Source: a virus
Virus record (IMG/VR): IMGVR_UViG_3300045988_121566
Coordinates: 8,100-72,099 of that record
Length of the DNA stretch: 64,000 nt
Reading direction: 5' to 3' (one strand)
Below are positions 8,212 to 17,348 of this stretch, piece after piece. A program made the position numbers and the translations under genes. The stretch's first letter is position 1; each line of letters begins with the position of its first letter. Under the pieces are notes generated by a model. It searched no databases. It saw only the letters and a list, made by a program, of their open reading frames with translations, and was not told where the DNA came from.

Positions 8212-9885
8212 TTACGCAGCTACGTCCTGACCTGCGTATATAGACCAAGCTGAACCATCGTAGTAATAGACAGTACCAGCCTCGTAGGTTGTACCACCAT
8301 TGACATAGTCCTTAGTAAGAGCCACCTTCATACCCTTTGCAGGAGTAGCAGGAAGCTTTGCAGCAGAGATGATTGCGCCCAAAGACTCGGTAGCAATCTT
8401 GTTGATCTTGCTTGCAGGACCGACAAGGATAGAGTTGTAACCGCGGAGAGCAACAGAGTCTGCCTCTTGGTGAATCCATCGCTTTGCGTCACGGACCTCG
8501 CCGCCACCCTTGGACATATCGTTTGTCTGCTCGCGCTTACCAATCTTGACGTAACGGCGTGAAGCCTTAGGGTCGAAGATGACCATGAAGTCAGACAAGC
8601 CCATAAGGTCGAGTGTCTGAGCCCAGATAAAGTCGATAGATCCGAATGTGTCCTTGAATCGCTTGAACGACAAATCGAACTCATTGTGATTGATGAAGTC
8701 GTTCTGATGGCTGCCCTCAAGTTTGATATTCTCAAGCCTCTCGATGGCATTCTTGCCACAGAAAGCAAAGCAGCGGTTGTTCTCAGAGAACTCTGTGAAC
8801 TGCAACTTTGAGATGGCAATCAGGTCGGATAGAGTATACTCGTCACCAATGGCGTAAGTGTTGGTAAGCTGATTGATGATACCCTCAGAGGTGTATACAT
8901 CTTCTATCTGGCCATCGCCAGTTTCAGCCTTGAAACGAGACTTAATGCCCATCAGATACGTGCGCTCAGCACGGAGATTATACTTGATGATGGCATCGGT
9001 CTTGAGATCTGCCACCGTGATAGGCTGCTCCTTCTTTACCTTTTCGTAGTCGTCAGTAAAGACGATGTTGAGCAACTTCTTCTGTACATAGACAGACTTC
9101 TCGCGAGGCTGGAAGTTCTCTGGGGTAATGGTAAGCTGAGACTCAGAAGCCGCAGAAGAAGCAGCGAGCAGAGTAGTGCCTACCGGTATTTCAGGACAAG
9201 TCATGTTGTCGAGGTTTTCTCGCGTATCGCCCTCGTTCTTAGGCATACCATTAACGGCCTGCATGACAGCCTTCTTGCCGTTAGACTCAATGACGTAGAG
9301 CATTAGTGTGCCCTCTGTCTTAGTCTTAGAACCTTCCTTGTAACCAGGGACACCCGACACGATAACAGTGGTACCTTTGTAGAAAGGACGGATAGAGCCA
9401 GAGAAGTTGGTAGAGTTGATTTCTACTGTATCGCCAGCTACAATCTTCTGAGTAACCTGACCATCAAGAGTCTCGCCACCCACACGCTGGTGAGATACAG
9501 ACCAGTTTTTGATATTGACGGTCTTTGCCATCTGGCGAACGATAGAGAGGATAGGAGTCTTGAAAGGATAGAACTTTACAATTTCGGAGTCCCACTCCTT
9601 TTCGAGCAGACCACCCTCTCGAAGCTGAGTTGATGAAGCCTGAGATCCTGTTAAGTCCTGTCCGTCCTTCTTACCGCCTGGACTCAGTCGGTCGTTAGTA
9701 TCAGGATTGACAGGCTCTTTCGCCTCAACCGTTTCCTTAGATGCGGGTTCAACGCCCTCGTTGCCAATCTGTGGCTCAACATTGTCGGCCAAAGCGAGAA
9801 CGCCACCACCCGTTGCAACTGCGAGTAACATCAGCACCATCTTTAAGACGGACTGAAAGGAAAAATAATTCATTACTTTCTTCAT
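8212..9885 (-). CDS. putative major capsid protein (557 aa)
   Basis: The call rests on position: downstream of a scaffold-like gene, divergent from the portal, and followed by a strong terminator. The size is appropriate. The N-terminal hydrophobic segment plus a ~90-aa low-complexity region could be a removed propeptide. No family motif was recognised by eye. Confidence 0.5.
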   Translation of the reverse strand: MKKVMNYFSFQSVLKMVLMLLAVATGGGVLALADNVEPQIGNEGVEPASKETVEAKEPVNPDTNDRLSPGGKKDGQDLTGSQASSTQLREGGLLEKEWDSEIVKFYPFKTPILSIVRQMAKTVNIKNWSVSHQRVGGETLDGQVTQKIVAGDTVEINSTNFSGSIRPFYKGTTVIVSGVPGYKEGSKTKTEGTLMLYVIESNGKKAVMQAVNGMPKNEGDTRENLDNMTCPEIPVGTTLLAASSAASESQLTITPENFQPREKSVYVQKKLLNIVFTDDYEKVKKEQPITVADLKTDAIIKYNLRAERTYLMGIKSRFKAETGDGQIEDVYTSEGIINQLTNTYAIGDEYTLSDLIAISKLQFTEFSENNRCFAFCGKNAIERLENIKLEGSHQNDFINHNEFDLSFKRFKDTFGSIDFIWAQTLDLMGLSDFMVIFDPKASRRYVKIGKREQTNDMSKGGGEVRDAKRWIHQEADSVALRGYNSILVGPASKINKIATESLGAIISAAKLPATPAKGMKVALTKDYVNGGTTYEAGTVYYYDGSAWSIYAGQDVAA

Positions 9886-9912
9886 GTTATATACTATTAA
9901 AAATGTTATTTG

Positions 9913-10707
9913 TTAATTGCTTCTGATGTCATCGAAGAAACTCTCTCGCTTTATGGCCTTAGCAGGCTCGTTTCCGCTTCCGGAATTGGCAAGAGAAGGA
10001 GGCATACCTCCCTCTGTCTTAGAGGAGCGCACCTTGTTCTGGATCTTCTCGTTACGAGCCTGCATGGCAGCTTCCTCGCGAGCCGAAGAAATGTCAGCAT
10101 CGTAGCTGTATGCGTTCTTAAAGAGCTTCCATGTTTCGGCAGAGATATTGCCATCTTCGGCATCCTGTATAACGCTAAATACTTTTCCCCACAGGTCGTT
10201 AGTTTCCTCGTCAGAGAGTCCCAAACCCTGTAACGTTTCGTAAGACTTTCGGAGATTGTCATCGAGCATCTGCGAGTGCTTCTCCTGTTCGGCTACCTTT
10301 TCCTGAAACTTGGTAATCTGAGTAGCAACCTTCTTTCCAAGCTCCTCATCTTCGAGTGCCGCCTTGATGTCGATACCCTGCGAAGCCATCCACTCAAAAG
10401 GATGCATATTCTTCCGTGTAGAGTCGATCACCATAGCCGCCAGCCACTTGTTGCTGTCGAGCATCTTTGAGAGAGCCTTTCCGCTTTCCTCGTACTTGGA
10501 GAGCATATCGGCATCGTCGTTCATGGCGCCATAGCGAGCCTCCTTGTCCTCGAAGTCGATGTCGGAATGGCGCTTAGAGAAACGCTTTGAGAAGGCCGTG
10601 CGGTTAGGGCGCTCGTCCTCAGCAGGAGCATCTTGTTCCGTGCCGACAGAAGGGGCGCTTGTCGCCTCTTTAGCTTCCATCATTTTGGCTTGTTCTTCCT
10701 TTTTCAT
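9913..10707 (-). CDS. putative scaffolding protein (264 aa, acidic, helical)
   Basis: Highly charged, helical composition. Sits immediately upstream of the putative capsid gene. ATG start. Confidence 0.45.
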   Translation of the reverse strand: MKKEEQAKMMEAKEATSAPSVGTEQDAPAEDERPNRTAFSKRFSKRHSDIDFEDKEARYGAMNDDADMLSKYEESGKALSKMLDSNKWLAAMVIDSTRKNMHPFEWMASQGIDIKAALEDEELGKKVATQITKFQEKVAEQEKHSQMLDDNLRKSYETLQGLGLSDEETNDLWGKVFSVIQDAEDGNISAETWKLFKNAYSYDADISSAREEAAMQARNEKIQNKVRSSKTEGGMPPSLANSGSGNEPAKAIKRESFFDDIRSN

Positions 10708-10872
10708 TTTTAAAAATAATTATGTAAATAATATTTCTGCAAATATCACGAAAAAAAAGGATTGGTTTTCCGTTAGTAACCAAGGGTAATCGTACATGGG
10801 GAACAATGGGCAAAGAGAGGATATACATTTCTTATTTTTGCGCTAAAACAACAAGAATCTGTATATAAAAAA

Positions 10873-12885
10873 ATGACAAAAGCAAGGATATTGACTCTTA
10901 GCATGGTAATGCCTGGAAAGAAACCGTACAGTTCGGTAATCAACCGTGCATCGAGGCAAGCACATGGTAACGACATGGAGCTATTGCAGCGATGCAGGAG
11001 CGCATGGAACAGCCTGAGTGGGGTAAGAGAGACGAGGGCGAGAACCATGAGATACTGCATGGGAGACCAATGGGGAGATACCATCAAGGTGTGGGATCAC
11101 GGCTCCTACGTCTACATGACTGAACGGGAGTATATGGAGCGAAAGAACACTACGCCGATGAGCAATAACGTGATGGCGAGCATACTGGAGTCTATAGGCG
11201 GCCTCTATGCCAAGCAAGGTACAGAACCCGTGTGCTTTGCCAGGGACAATGACTCAAGAGCTATCAACGACATGATGAGCGCGACCCTGCAATGCAACTG
11301 GCAGTCAACGTATATGCAAGACCTGTTGAATCACGCCATCAAAGACTATGTGATAGGCGGACAAATGTACGCAAGAGAAGGGTGGGAGTCGAAGCAGCTC
11401 GAACTTCCTGACGCGTGGACGGAGCTTATGGAGCCTGACTTTATGTTTTTCGAGTGCGGAAGCGACCCGAGACATGAGGACATCAGCCTGATAGGTTGTC
11501 TGCATGACGTGAGCAGAGAAGATTTGTACCAGAAATTTGCGCGACCGGAGTTTGGACTGACGATAGATGACCTTGACAGCATCTTTTCCATACAAGACGT
11601 GAGTGATGACGGAGTGGGGTATGAGTTCAACGAGGAAAAGAACCTTGGCAACATAAGCTTTGACCATACCAATAAGTCGAACCACTACGTGAGAGTGATA
11701 GAGGTATGGACTACCGAGACAAAGATGCGCCTGCAATGTTTTGACCCTATAGCCACGAACGCCAACAACTCGTACTTTAAGGTGGATATGGACGATACGG
11801 CCATGATAGAGAAGCTGAGATCTGACAATATTAAGCGCAAGAAGATGTATGACGATATGGGTGTGCCAGAAGACGAGAGAGCCTACATCGTATCGGAAGA
11901 AGTAGCTGACAAATACTGGTACTACACCTATATGGCACCAGACGGAACTGTGCTGTGCAAGGGGGAAACCCCATACGACTATAAGAGCCATCCGTTTACA
12001 ATCAAGCTATTCCCGTATCTCAACGGCAAGATACACCCATTCTTAGCGAACGTGATAGACCAGCAGAGATACATCAACCGCCTGATAGTAATGAACGACA
12101 TGGCGATAAGAAGCAGCTCGAAGGGTGTGTGGATGATACCAACCACAGTTCTTGGCGGCAAGAGTCCGGCAGAGTTTGCCGAAGAAATAGTGGAGTATGA
12201 CGGACTGTGTTTCTATACACCAAGGCCCAATATGCCACAAGTGAAGCCTGACATCATCACCTCGAATGCGGTGAACATTGGCGCCAACGAGCTGCTGCAG
12301 ATAGAGCTGAACCTGATACATGAAGTGTCGAACGTGAGCGGAGCTCTGCAAGGGAAAACGCCATCGGCAGGAACATCTGCATCGAGATATGCTCAGGAAA
12401 CACAGAACGCCACCACCTCGCTGTACTCAATTCTATCGGATATGGACGTGTTCGCAGAGAAGATCGCCACCAAGAAGTGCATGACCATACAGCAGTACTA
12501 CGAGAACGGCAGAAAGATACTGAACAAAGACAACAACAGCACCATATTCTACGACCGATATACGGCAAGAGACGTACACTTCAAGACAAGTATAAAGAAT
12601 GCAGCCGCCTCTACCACATATCAGTCTCAGATAAACGACAAACTTGACCAGTTGCTGCAAATGGGTGCTATCAACGTGGTGCAGTATCTGCAGAACATCA
12701 ATGCTCCATTTGCAGACAAGCTGCTTGCGAGTGTTCAGGAACAGCAGGCACAGCTTGAACAGATGTATCAGCAGCAACAGCAATTAGCAATAGCACAAGG
12801 CGGTGGACAGATAGAGAACGGAGTTGTGCAGGGTGCCAACCAGGAAACGGTGAACCAAGCACAAGAGTATTTACAATCAGCATAA
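10873..12885 (+). CDS. portal protein
   Basis: 670 aa. The N-terminal RTMRYCMGDQWGD is a Y-x-x-G-D-Q-W portal-type motif. Gln-rich C-terminal tail. Leads the + strand packaging/morphogenesis operon. Confidence 0.7.
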   Translation: MTKARILTLSMVMPGKKPYSSVINRASRQAHGNDMELLQRCRSAWNSLSGVRETRARTMRYCMGDQWGDTIKVWDHGSYVYMTEREYMERKNTTPMSNNVMASILESIGGLYAKQGTEPVCFARDNDSRAINDMMSATLQCNWQSTYMQDLLNHAIKDYVIGGQMYAREGWESKQLELPDAWTELMEPDFMFFECGSDPRHEDISLIGCLHDVSREDLYQKFARPEFGLTIDDLDSIFSIQDVSDDGVGYEFNEEKNLGNISFDHTNKSNHYVRVIEVWTTETKMRLQCFDPIATNANNSYFKVDMDDTAMIEKLRSDNIKRKKMYDDMGVPEDERAYIVSEEVADKYWYYTYMAPDGTVLCKGETPYDYKSHPFTIKLFPYLNGKIHPFLANVIDQQRYINRLIVMNDMAIRSSSKGVWMIPTTVLGGKSPAEFAEEIVEYDGLCFYTPRPNMPQVKPDIITSNAVNIGANELLQIELNLIHEVSNVSGALQGKTPSAGTSASRYAQETQNATTSLYSILSDMDVFAEKIATKKCMTIQQYYENGRKILNKDNNSTIFYDRYTARDVHFKTSIKNAAASTTYQSQINDKLDQLLQMGAINVVQYLQNINAPFADKLLASVQEQQAQLEQMYQQQQQLAIAQGGGQIENGVVQGANQETVNQAQEYLQSA

Positions 12886-12891
12886 AGCTAT

Positions 12892-13407
12892 ATGGCAGAA
12901 TATACAAAATTGATAACCATCAGCATGGAATCCATCGAAAGCGATGTGATGAAGCAGGTTTCTGTTATCGCAAAGCGGCAGAAAGACAAGGCAGGTGATT
13001 CTCTGTTTGGAAACACGACTTTATCGGCAGTAGAGAAAGTTGTGATAAGGCAATACATAGAATCTGCAGTTCGCAGTTTTGCTGGCGAACTGGCACCAGT
13101 CGTAAAAACATATATTGAATCTTCTATTCCTGCATCAGTCACTTTCAATGTTATCAGACTAAACGAAGGACACAAGAATGCTTTCGAGGGTTGTTTTAGA
13201 GGATATGTGAGAGCATATACAAGCTATATGGTGTTGACTTTGAGCGGTACAGAGCAAGCCAAAGTGTATTCGGATGAAGCAAATATGCTTCTGAAAGACG
13301 CAATAAAACTTGTATTCGACAAAGAGGCTCCTTCGGCTGGAGCTAAAACGCTGAAAGATATGACAGGCTCCATAGAGAGTGATCCTCAGTTAGGAACCAT
13401 TAAATAA
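12892..13407 (+). CDS. hypothetical head-module protein (171 aa)
   Basis: ORF track with an ATG start 7 nt after the portal stop. Confidence 0.55.
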   Translation: MAEYTKLITISMESIESDVMKQVSVIAKRQKDKAGDSLFGNTTLSAVEKVVIRQYIESAVRSFAGELAPVVKTYIESSIPASVTFNVIRLNEGHKNAFEGCFRGYVRAYTSYMVLTLSGTEQAKVYSDEANMLLKDAIKLVFDKEAPSAGAKTLKDMTGSIESDPQLGTIK

Positions 13408-13415
13408 GGAAAGAT

Positions 13416-14207
13416 ATGATATTAAAATTTCAAATTATCAAATCGGTAGTAGTTGACGAGGTAAAGAGGGCAACCTACCTAAAGGCCAAGATAGATGGCG
13501 CTACAGACGACAGAGCCATCAAGATGAGTTTTAACGAAGCTGCTGGTGACGAAGCGGTTCACGAAAACACTTTAACACACGATTTCCAATCAGCATTGGA
13601 GATTACAAAGGTTATACTGGCAGACTATTTGGCTCCAAACTCTCAGACATCAGGCGATAACGTTATCTACTACAACGATAAGGATGACGATATAGTAGAG
13701 TTTGTTGTTGTCGTATCTCGCAGGTGCAACGGAACACTCTCTGATACTTTGGCAAGATTAGTGGCAAAGTATGTGGAAGACTATATGATATATCAGTGGT
13801 GGTTAAAAACTACCAACCTTAAACAGGCAGAACCTTACTTGCAGTCATTGACATTTGACGAGCAGAACATTCGCAGATGCTTTGTTCTGAGCGGTCCGTC
13901 CGTTCCAACCATACCATACGCCAAGACGCTTACAACAAAGGTGGATGGAAGCGACAACGGAGGCGGTGTGACTATTGAACTTGGCAATAAGGAAACTACC
14001 CTATCATATTCTATTGACGATAGCGCAATAGACGATATTGAAGCCAGAAGCAGCGACCCAGGCATTCTTGAAGTACAAAGAAGTGCCGAGCCTCATGCTT
14101 TCTGCCTCGTGCCTATAAATACAGGTGTGACAACCGTAACCATTTTCTCACGTCATAGCGACAATCTAAAGAGGGAAGTAGAGATAACCGTAACAAAGGA
14201 GGAGTAA
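13416..14207 (+). CDS. hypothetical protein with a C-terminal Ig-like (Big_2-like) domain
   Basis: The C-terminal ~80 aa (...SSDPGILEVQRSAEPHAFCLVPINTGVTTVTIFSRHSDNLKREVEITV) has a bacterial Ig-like pattern typical of capsid/tail decoration. Confidence 0.55.
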   Translation: MILKFQIIKSVVVDEVKRATYLKAKIDGATDDRAIKMSFNEAAGDEAVHENTLTHDFQSALEITKVILADYLAPNSQTSGDNVIYYNDKDDDIVEFVVVVSRRCNGTLSDTLARLVAKYVEDYMIYQWWLKTTNLKQAEPYLQSLTFDEQNIRRCFVLSGPSVPTIPYAKTLTTKVDGSDNGGGVTIELGNKETTLSYSIDDSAIDDIEARSSDPGILEVQRSAEPHAFCLVPINTGVTTVTIFSRHSDNLKREVEITVTKEE

Positions 14208-14208
14208 T

Positions 14209-14814
14209 ATGGGATTCAATACATTACACCCCATGCACCATGACAGAGAAAGGGGATGGAAAGCAACGCCAAACCCCTTTGCGCCGAAGCAGCCTATGGC
14301 GACCCGCTACCACACAGACAAGCATATCTTTGTGTATGCCAACCAGCTTTGGTACGACGTAGATGCGACGACAAACCTGCTGAGCAGAAGCCGCAGAAGC
14401 ATCAACGATGCGAAGGCAGACACCATTCCGACAAGTGAGAATGACCATGAACGGCCTTTGTTCTACCGATGGTTTGACAAGTACATGAAGAAAGTAGAAG
14501 GATTGTTGGCCGCCTATCTGATGAAAAAGGAGGGGATTGTAAGAGACAATGCTATCAAGGAGTGGGACGAACAGGAAATATGGCTAAGGATGCCAGACTA
14601 CTGGGACGATACGAGGTATGACTCCTTGGTGCAGGCAATACATAACTATATAGCGGCAGGGGCGCTGTATGAATATTTCAAACTGACATTGACGAGCAAG
14701 GATCCGCTGACGGCAGACAAGGCAGCAGAGGTAGAAGATGCAGAATTAGACATACTGGACGCATCGAATGCTACGAAACCCGGTAGTGTGCATAAACCCT
14801 ATAAACCATTTTAG
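14209..14814 (+). CDS. hypothetical protein (201 aa)
   Basis: ORF track with an ATG start 2 nt after the upstream stop. Confidence 0.55.
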   Translation: MGFNTLHPMHHDRERGWKATPNPFAPKQPMATRYHTDKHIFVYANQLWYDVDATTNLLSRSRRSINDAKADTIPTSENDHERPLFYRWFDKYMKKVEGLLAAYLMKKEGIVRDNAIKEWDEQEIWLRMPDYWDDTRYDSLVQAIHNYIAAGALYEYFKLTLTSKDPLTADKAAEVEDAELDILDASNATKPGSVHKPYKPF

Positions 14815-14819
14815 AGAAC

Positions 14820-15215
14820 ATGGAGGACTACAGCGATATAAAGACGGTGAGGGAGGTGATGGCAGAGAAGCGCGAGAAAGCCAAGCGTATACTGCCCGCC
14901 ACGAAGAGCGCCCAAAAGGAGTTCTTGAGAGACTTCCTTGCCCGTCATCAAGAGAAGTTTGAGGACTGCATGAACCAGTTGGCCGAGTATGACCCAAAGA
15001 CATACGCAACCATATACAAAGACCTGATGAAACACATGATACCCAAGCAGAGCGAGGTGAGTGTGACGCACGGACTGGACGAGGACTTTAAACAGCTGGC
15101 AGCGCTGAGTATGACTAAAGTGGGAGATAATAATGAGATAGACGTGTCGAAGGTGCCCGAGATAAAGGACGCAGACTTTGAGGAACTACAATCATTAGCA
15201 GATGGCGATAGTTAA
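14820..15215 (+). CDS. hypothetical protein; small-terminase candidate by position
   Basis: 131 aa, helical and charged. Overlaps the start of the large terminase by 14 nt. The function is positional inference only. Confidence 0.4.
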   Translation: MEDYSDIKTVREVMAEKREKAKRILPATKSAQKEFLRDFLARHQEKFEDCMNQLAEYDPKTYATIYKDLMKHMIPKQSEVSVTHGLDEDFKQLAALSMTKVGDNNEIDVSKVPEIKDADFEELQSLADGDS

Positions 15216-17334
15216 AGAGGAAGATATAGACGAACTTGTAAGGGAGAACAGACGGAGATATGAAGAAATCTACGGCACGTATGACCCCTGGACTGGCGAA
15301 AACTGCTATGACTTTGAGCATAGAGAGGTGCTGGAGCTTCCGGATTTCATGATCAAGAAGATGTGGGTTCCGAAGGAGTGTATGCGCACACTGCTATACA
15401 GGCAGCTGAGGCAGTTGGGAAGTCTGAGAGAATTCATTATCCGTGTGTGGAGGCGAGACTATGATGAAGGCAGCCGATATACCAAGCAGCTCATCATGAT
15501 ACTGACCTTTGAGATTATGAAGGTGAGGTTTCGTGAAGACCCAGAGTTCGCTCTGTACGCCACAGACAAGATAGAGGACAAGATAACGGGAAACATGGTG
15601 CCCTTCAAGCTGAACTATCCACAGCGAAAGCTGCTGAAAATATTCGAAGATTTGCGCACCAGTGGAGCAGCCATCAGGGTGGTAATTCTGAAAGCAAGAC
15701 AATGGGGAGGTTCGACCCTGACGCAGCTATACATCAAGTGGATACAAGACTACAGGAGGGACGGATGGAATGCTATCGTGCTGGCTCAACAGAAGAATAC
15801 GGCCAAGAAAATAAAGGCTATGTACAGAAAGGCTTTGGAGAACCAGCCTGGATGGACAGTGGGTTGTCCCGGTTCAAAGTTGCAATTCTCGCCCTACGAA
15901 AACTCTCCAGATGACTTTCAAGTTACGGACGGAATGAGAGCTATCAGAAGAAGTACGCTTACCGTTGCATCATTTGAAAACTTCGACTCCGTGCGCGGTA
16001 GCAACTTCCACTGCGCCCACTACTCGGAGGTGGCATACTGGAAGAAAACGCCTGAGCATGACCCGGAAGGTGTTATTTCTTCTATCTCTGGAGGTATCAG
16101 AAACCAAGAGGACAACCTTGAGGTATTCGAGAGTACAGGAAAGGGTAACTCTGGCTTCTTCTACGACAAGTGTCAGCTCGCCATGAATCCAGATAACAAC
16201 GATGCCTACTCGTTTATCTTCATACCCTGCTACTTCATAGAGCACGATATGGAGGAAGTGAAGGACGAACGAGCCTTTGCGAGATGGCTGCTGCAGAACA
16301 AAGACAGGAGCACCAATCCAAGAGGATACAGAGAGACTGGTAAGTTCTTTTGGCGAATGTGGGAGAAGGGAGCATGTATGCAGGCCATAGAGTGGTACAG
16401 AAACTTCCGCAACAAGTTCACCACGCACTCCTTCTGTGCCACGGAGGCACCAATAGACGAGGAGGATGCCTTTAGAAACTCAGGTAACCTCGTATTCAAT
16501 CCATACAGCATAGACGACCTGCAGAAGCGCTACAAGAAAGAGCCGATGTACACGGCAGACATCGTGGTAGACGGAAACAAGAACGACAGCACTATACAGA
16601 AATCATCTATCAGTATAAGGAATGACGGAACTGGATGCCTGAAAATATGGGCTGCGCCCAACAAGCTGAAGGTGGAGAACAGATATGTGGTGAGTGTTGA
16701 TATAGGCGGTAAGTCATCAACATCAGACTACACGGTGATGACAGTGATAGACCGTTTCGGCATGATACCTACGATAAAAGGCAAGCCTGAGGTTGTGGCG
16801 AGATGGAGGGGGCACGAGAGGCACGACCGCATAGCATGGATGGCGGCAGCACTTGCACACTTCTATGACGATGCGCTACTGGTGATAGAAAGCAACACGG
16901 CAGACCGCGAGAAGAACAACAACACAGAGGGAGATCACTTTGGAAGTATCATCAACGAGATAGCCTACTACTATGACAATCTGTATCAGAGAACATCGAG
17001 TCCTGAGGATGTGAAGGACAATGTGCTGGCGAAGTACGGATTTCAAACGAACAAGCTAACGAAAGGCTGGGTGATAGACAACCTGGAGCAGTATGTGGAC
17101 GATATGCTGTGGAAAGAACCAGACAGAGAGATGTATCATGAGTTGAGGATATACGAGCGGCACGACGACGGAAGCCTTGGAAACATTGTAGGTAACGGCA
17201 ACCATGACGATGTTCTGATGAGTACAGCTATAGGTCTATGGGTGAGCGCAAACGACATGGAAAAACCAAGGTGGGCACCTAAGAAGAGCGACACGCCAAA
17301 GGGAGACCGCGTACACTCGATGGCAAAATTCTAA
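15202..17334 (+). CDS. terLA: terminase large subunit
   Basis: ATPase Walker-A-like VILKARQWGGSTLTQ. C-terminal nuclease-domain features (VVSVDIGGKSSTSDYTVMTVIDR ... GNGNHDDVLMSTAI). 710 aa. Confidence 0.8.
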   Translation: MAIVKEEDIDELVRENRRRYEEIYGTYDPWTGENCYDFEHREVLELPDFMIKKMWVPKECMRTLLYRQLRQLGSLREFIIRVWRRDYDEGSRYTKQLIMILTFEIMKVRFREDPEFALYATDKIEDKITGNMVPFKLNYPQRKLLKIFEDLRTSGAAIRVVILKARQWGGSTLTQLYIKWIQDYRRDGWNAIVLAQQKNTAKKIKAMYRKALENQPGWTVGCPGSKLQFSPYENSPDDFQVTDGMRAIRRSTLTVASFENFDSVRGSNFHCAHYSEVAYWKKTPEHDPEGVISSISGGIRNQEDNLEVFESTGKGNSGFFYDKCQLAMNPDNNDAYSFIFIPCYFIEHDMEEVKDERAFARWLLQNKDRSTNPRGYRETGKFFWRMWEKGACMQAIEWYRNFRNKFTTHSFCATEAPIDEEDAFRNSGNLVFNPYSIDDLQKRYKKEPMYTADIVVDGNKNDSTIQKSSISIRNDGTGCLKIWAAPNKLKVENRYVVSVDIGGKSSTSDYTVMTVIDRFGMIPTIKGKPEVVARWRGHERHDRIAWMAAALAHFYDDALLVIESNTADREKNNNTEGDHFGSIINEIAYYYDNLYQRTSSPEDVKDNVLAKYGFQTNKLTKGWVIDNLEQYVDDMLWKEPDREMYHELRIYERHDDGSLGNIVGNGNHDDVLMSTAIGLWVSANDMEKPRWAPKKSDTPKGDRVHSMAKF

Positions 17335-17348
17335 AACGAAAGACTATT

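Noticed and set aside
11305-11991. A 228-aa minus-strand ORF, plus several others between 10981 and 12907.
   Set aside because: They are antisense shadows of the portal gene.
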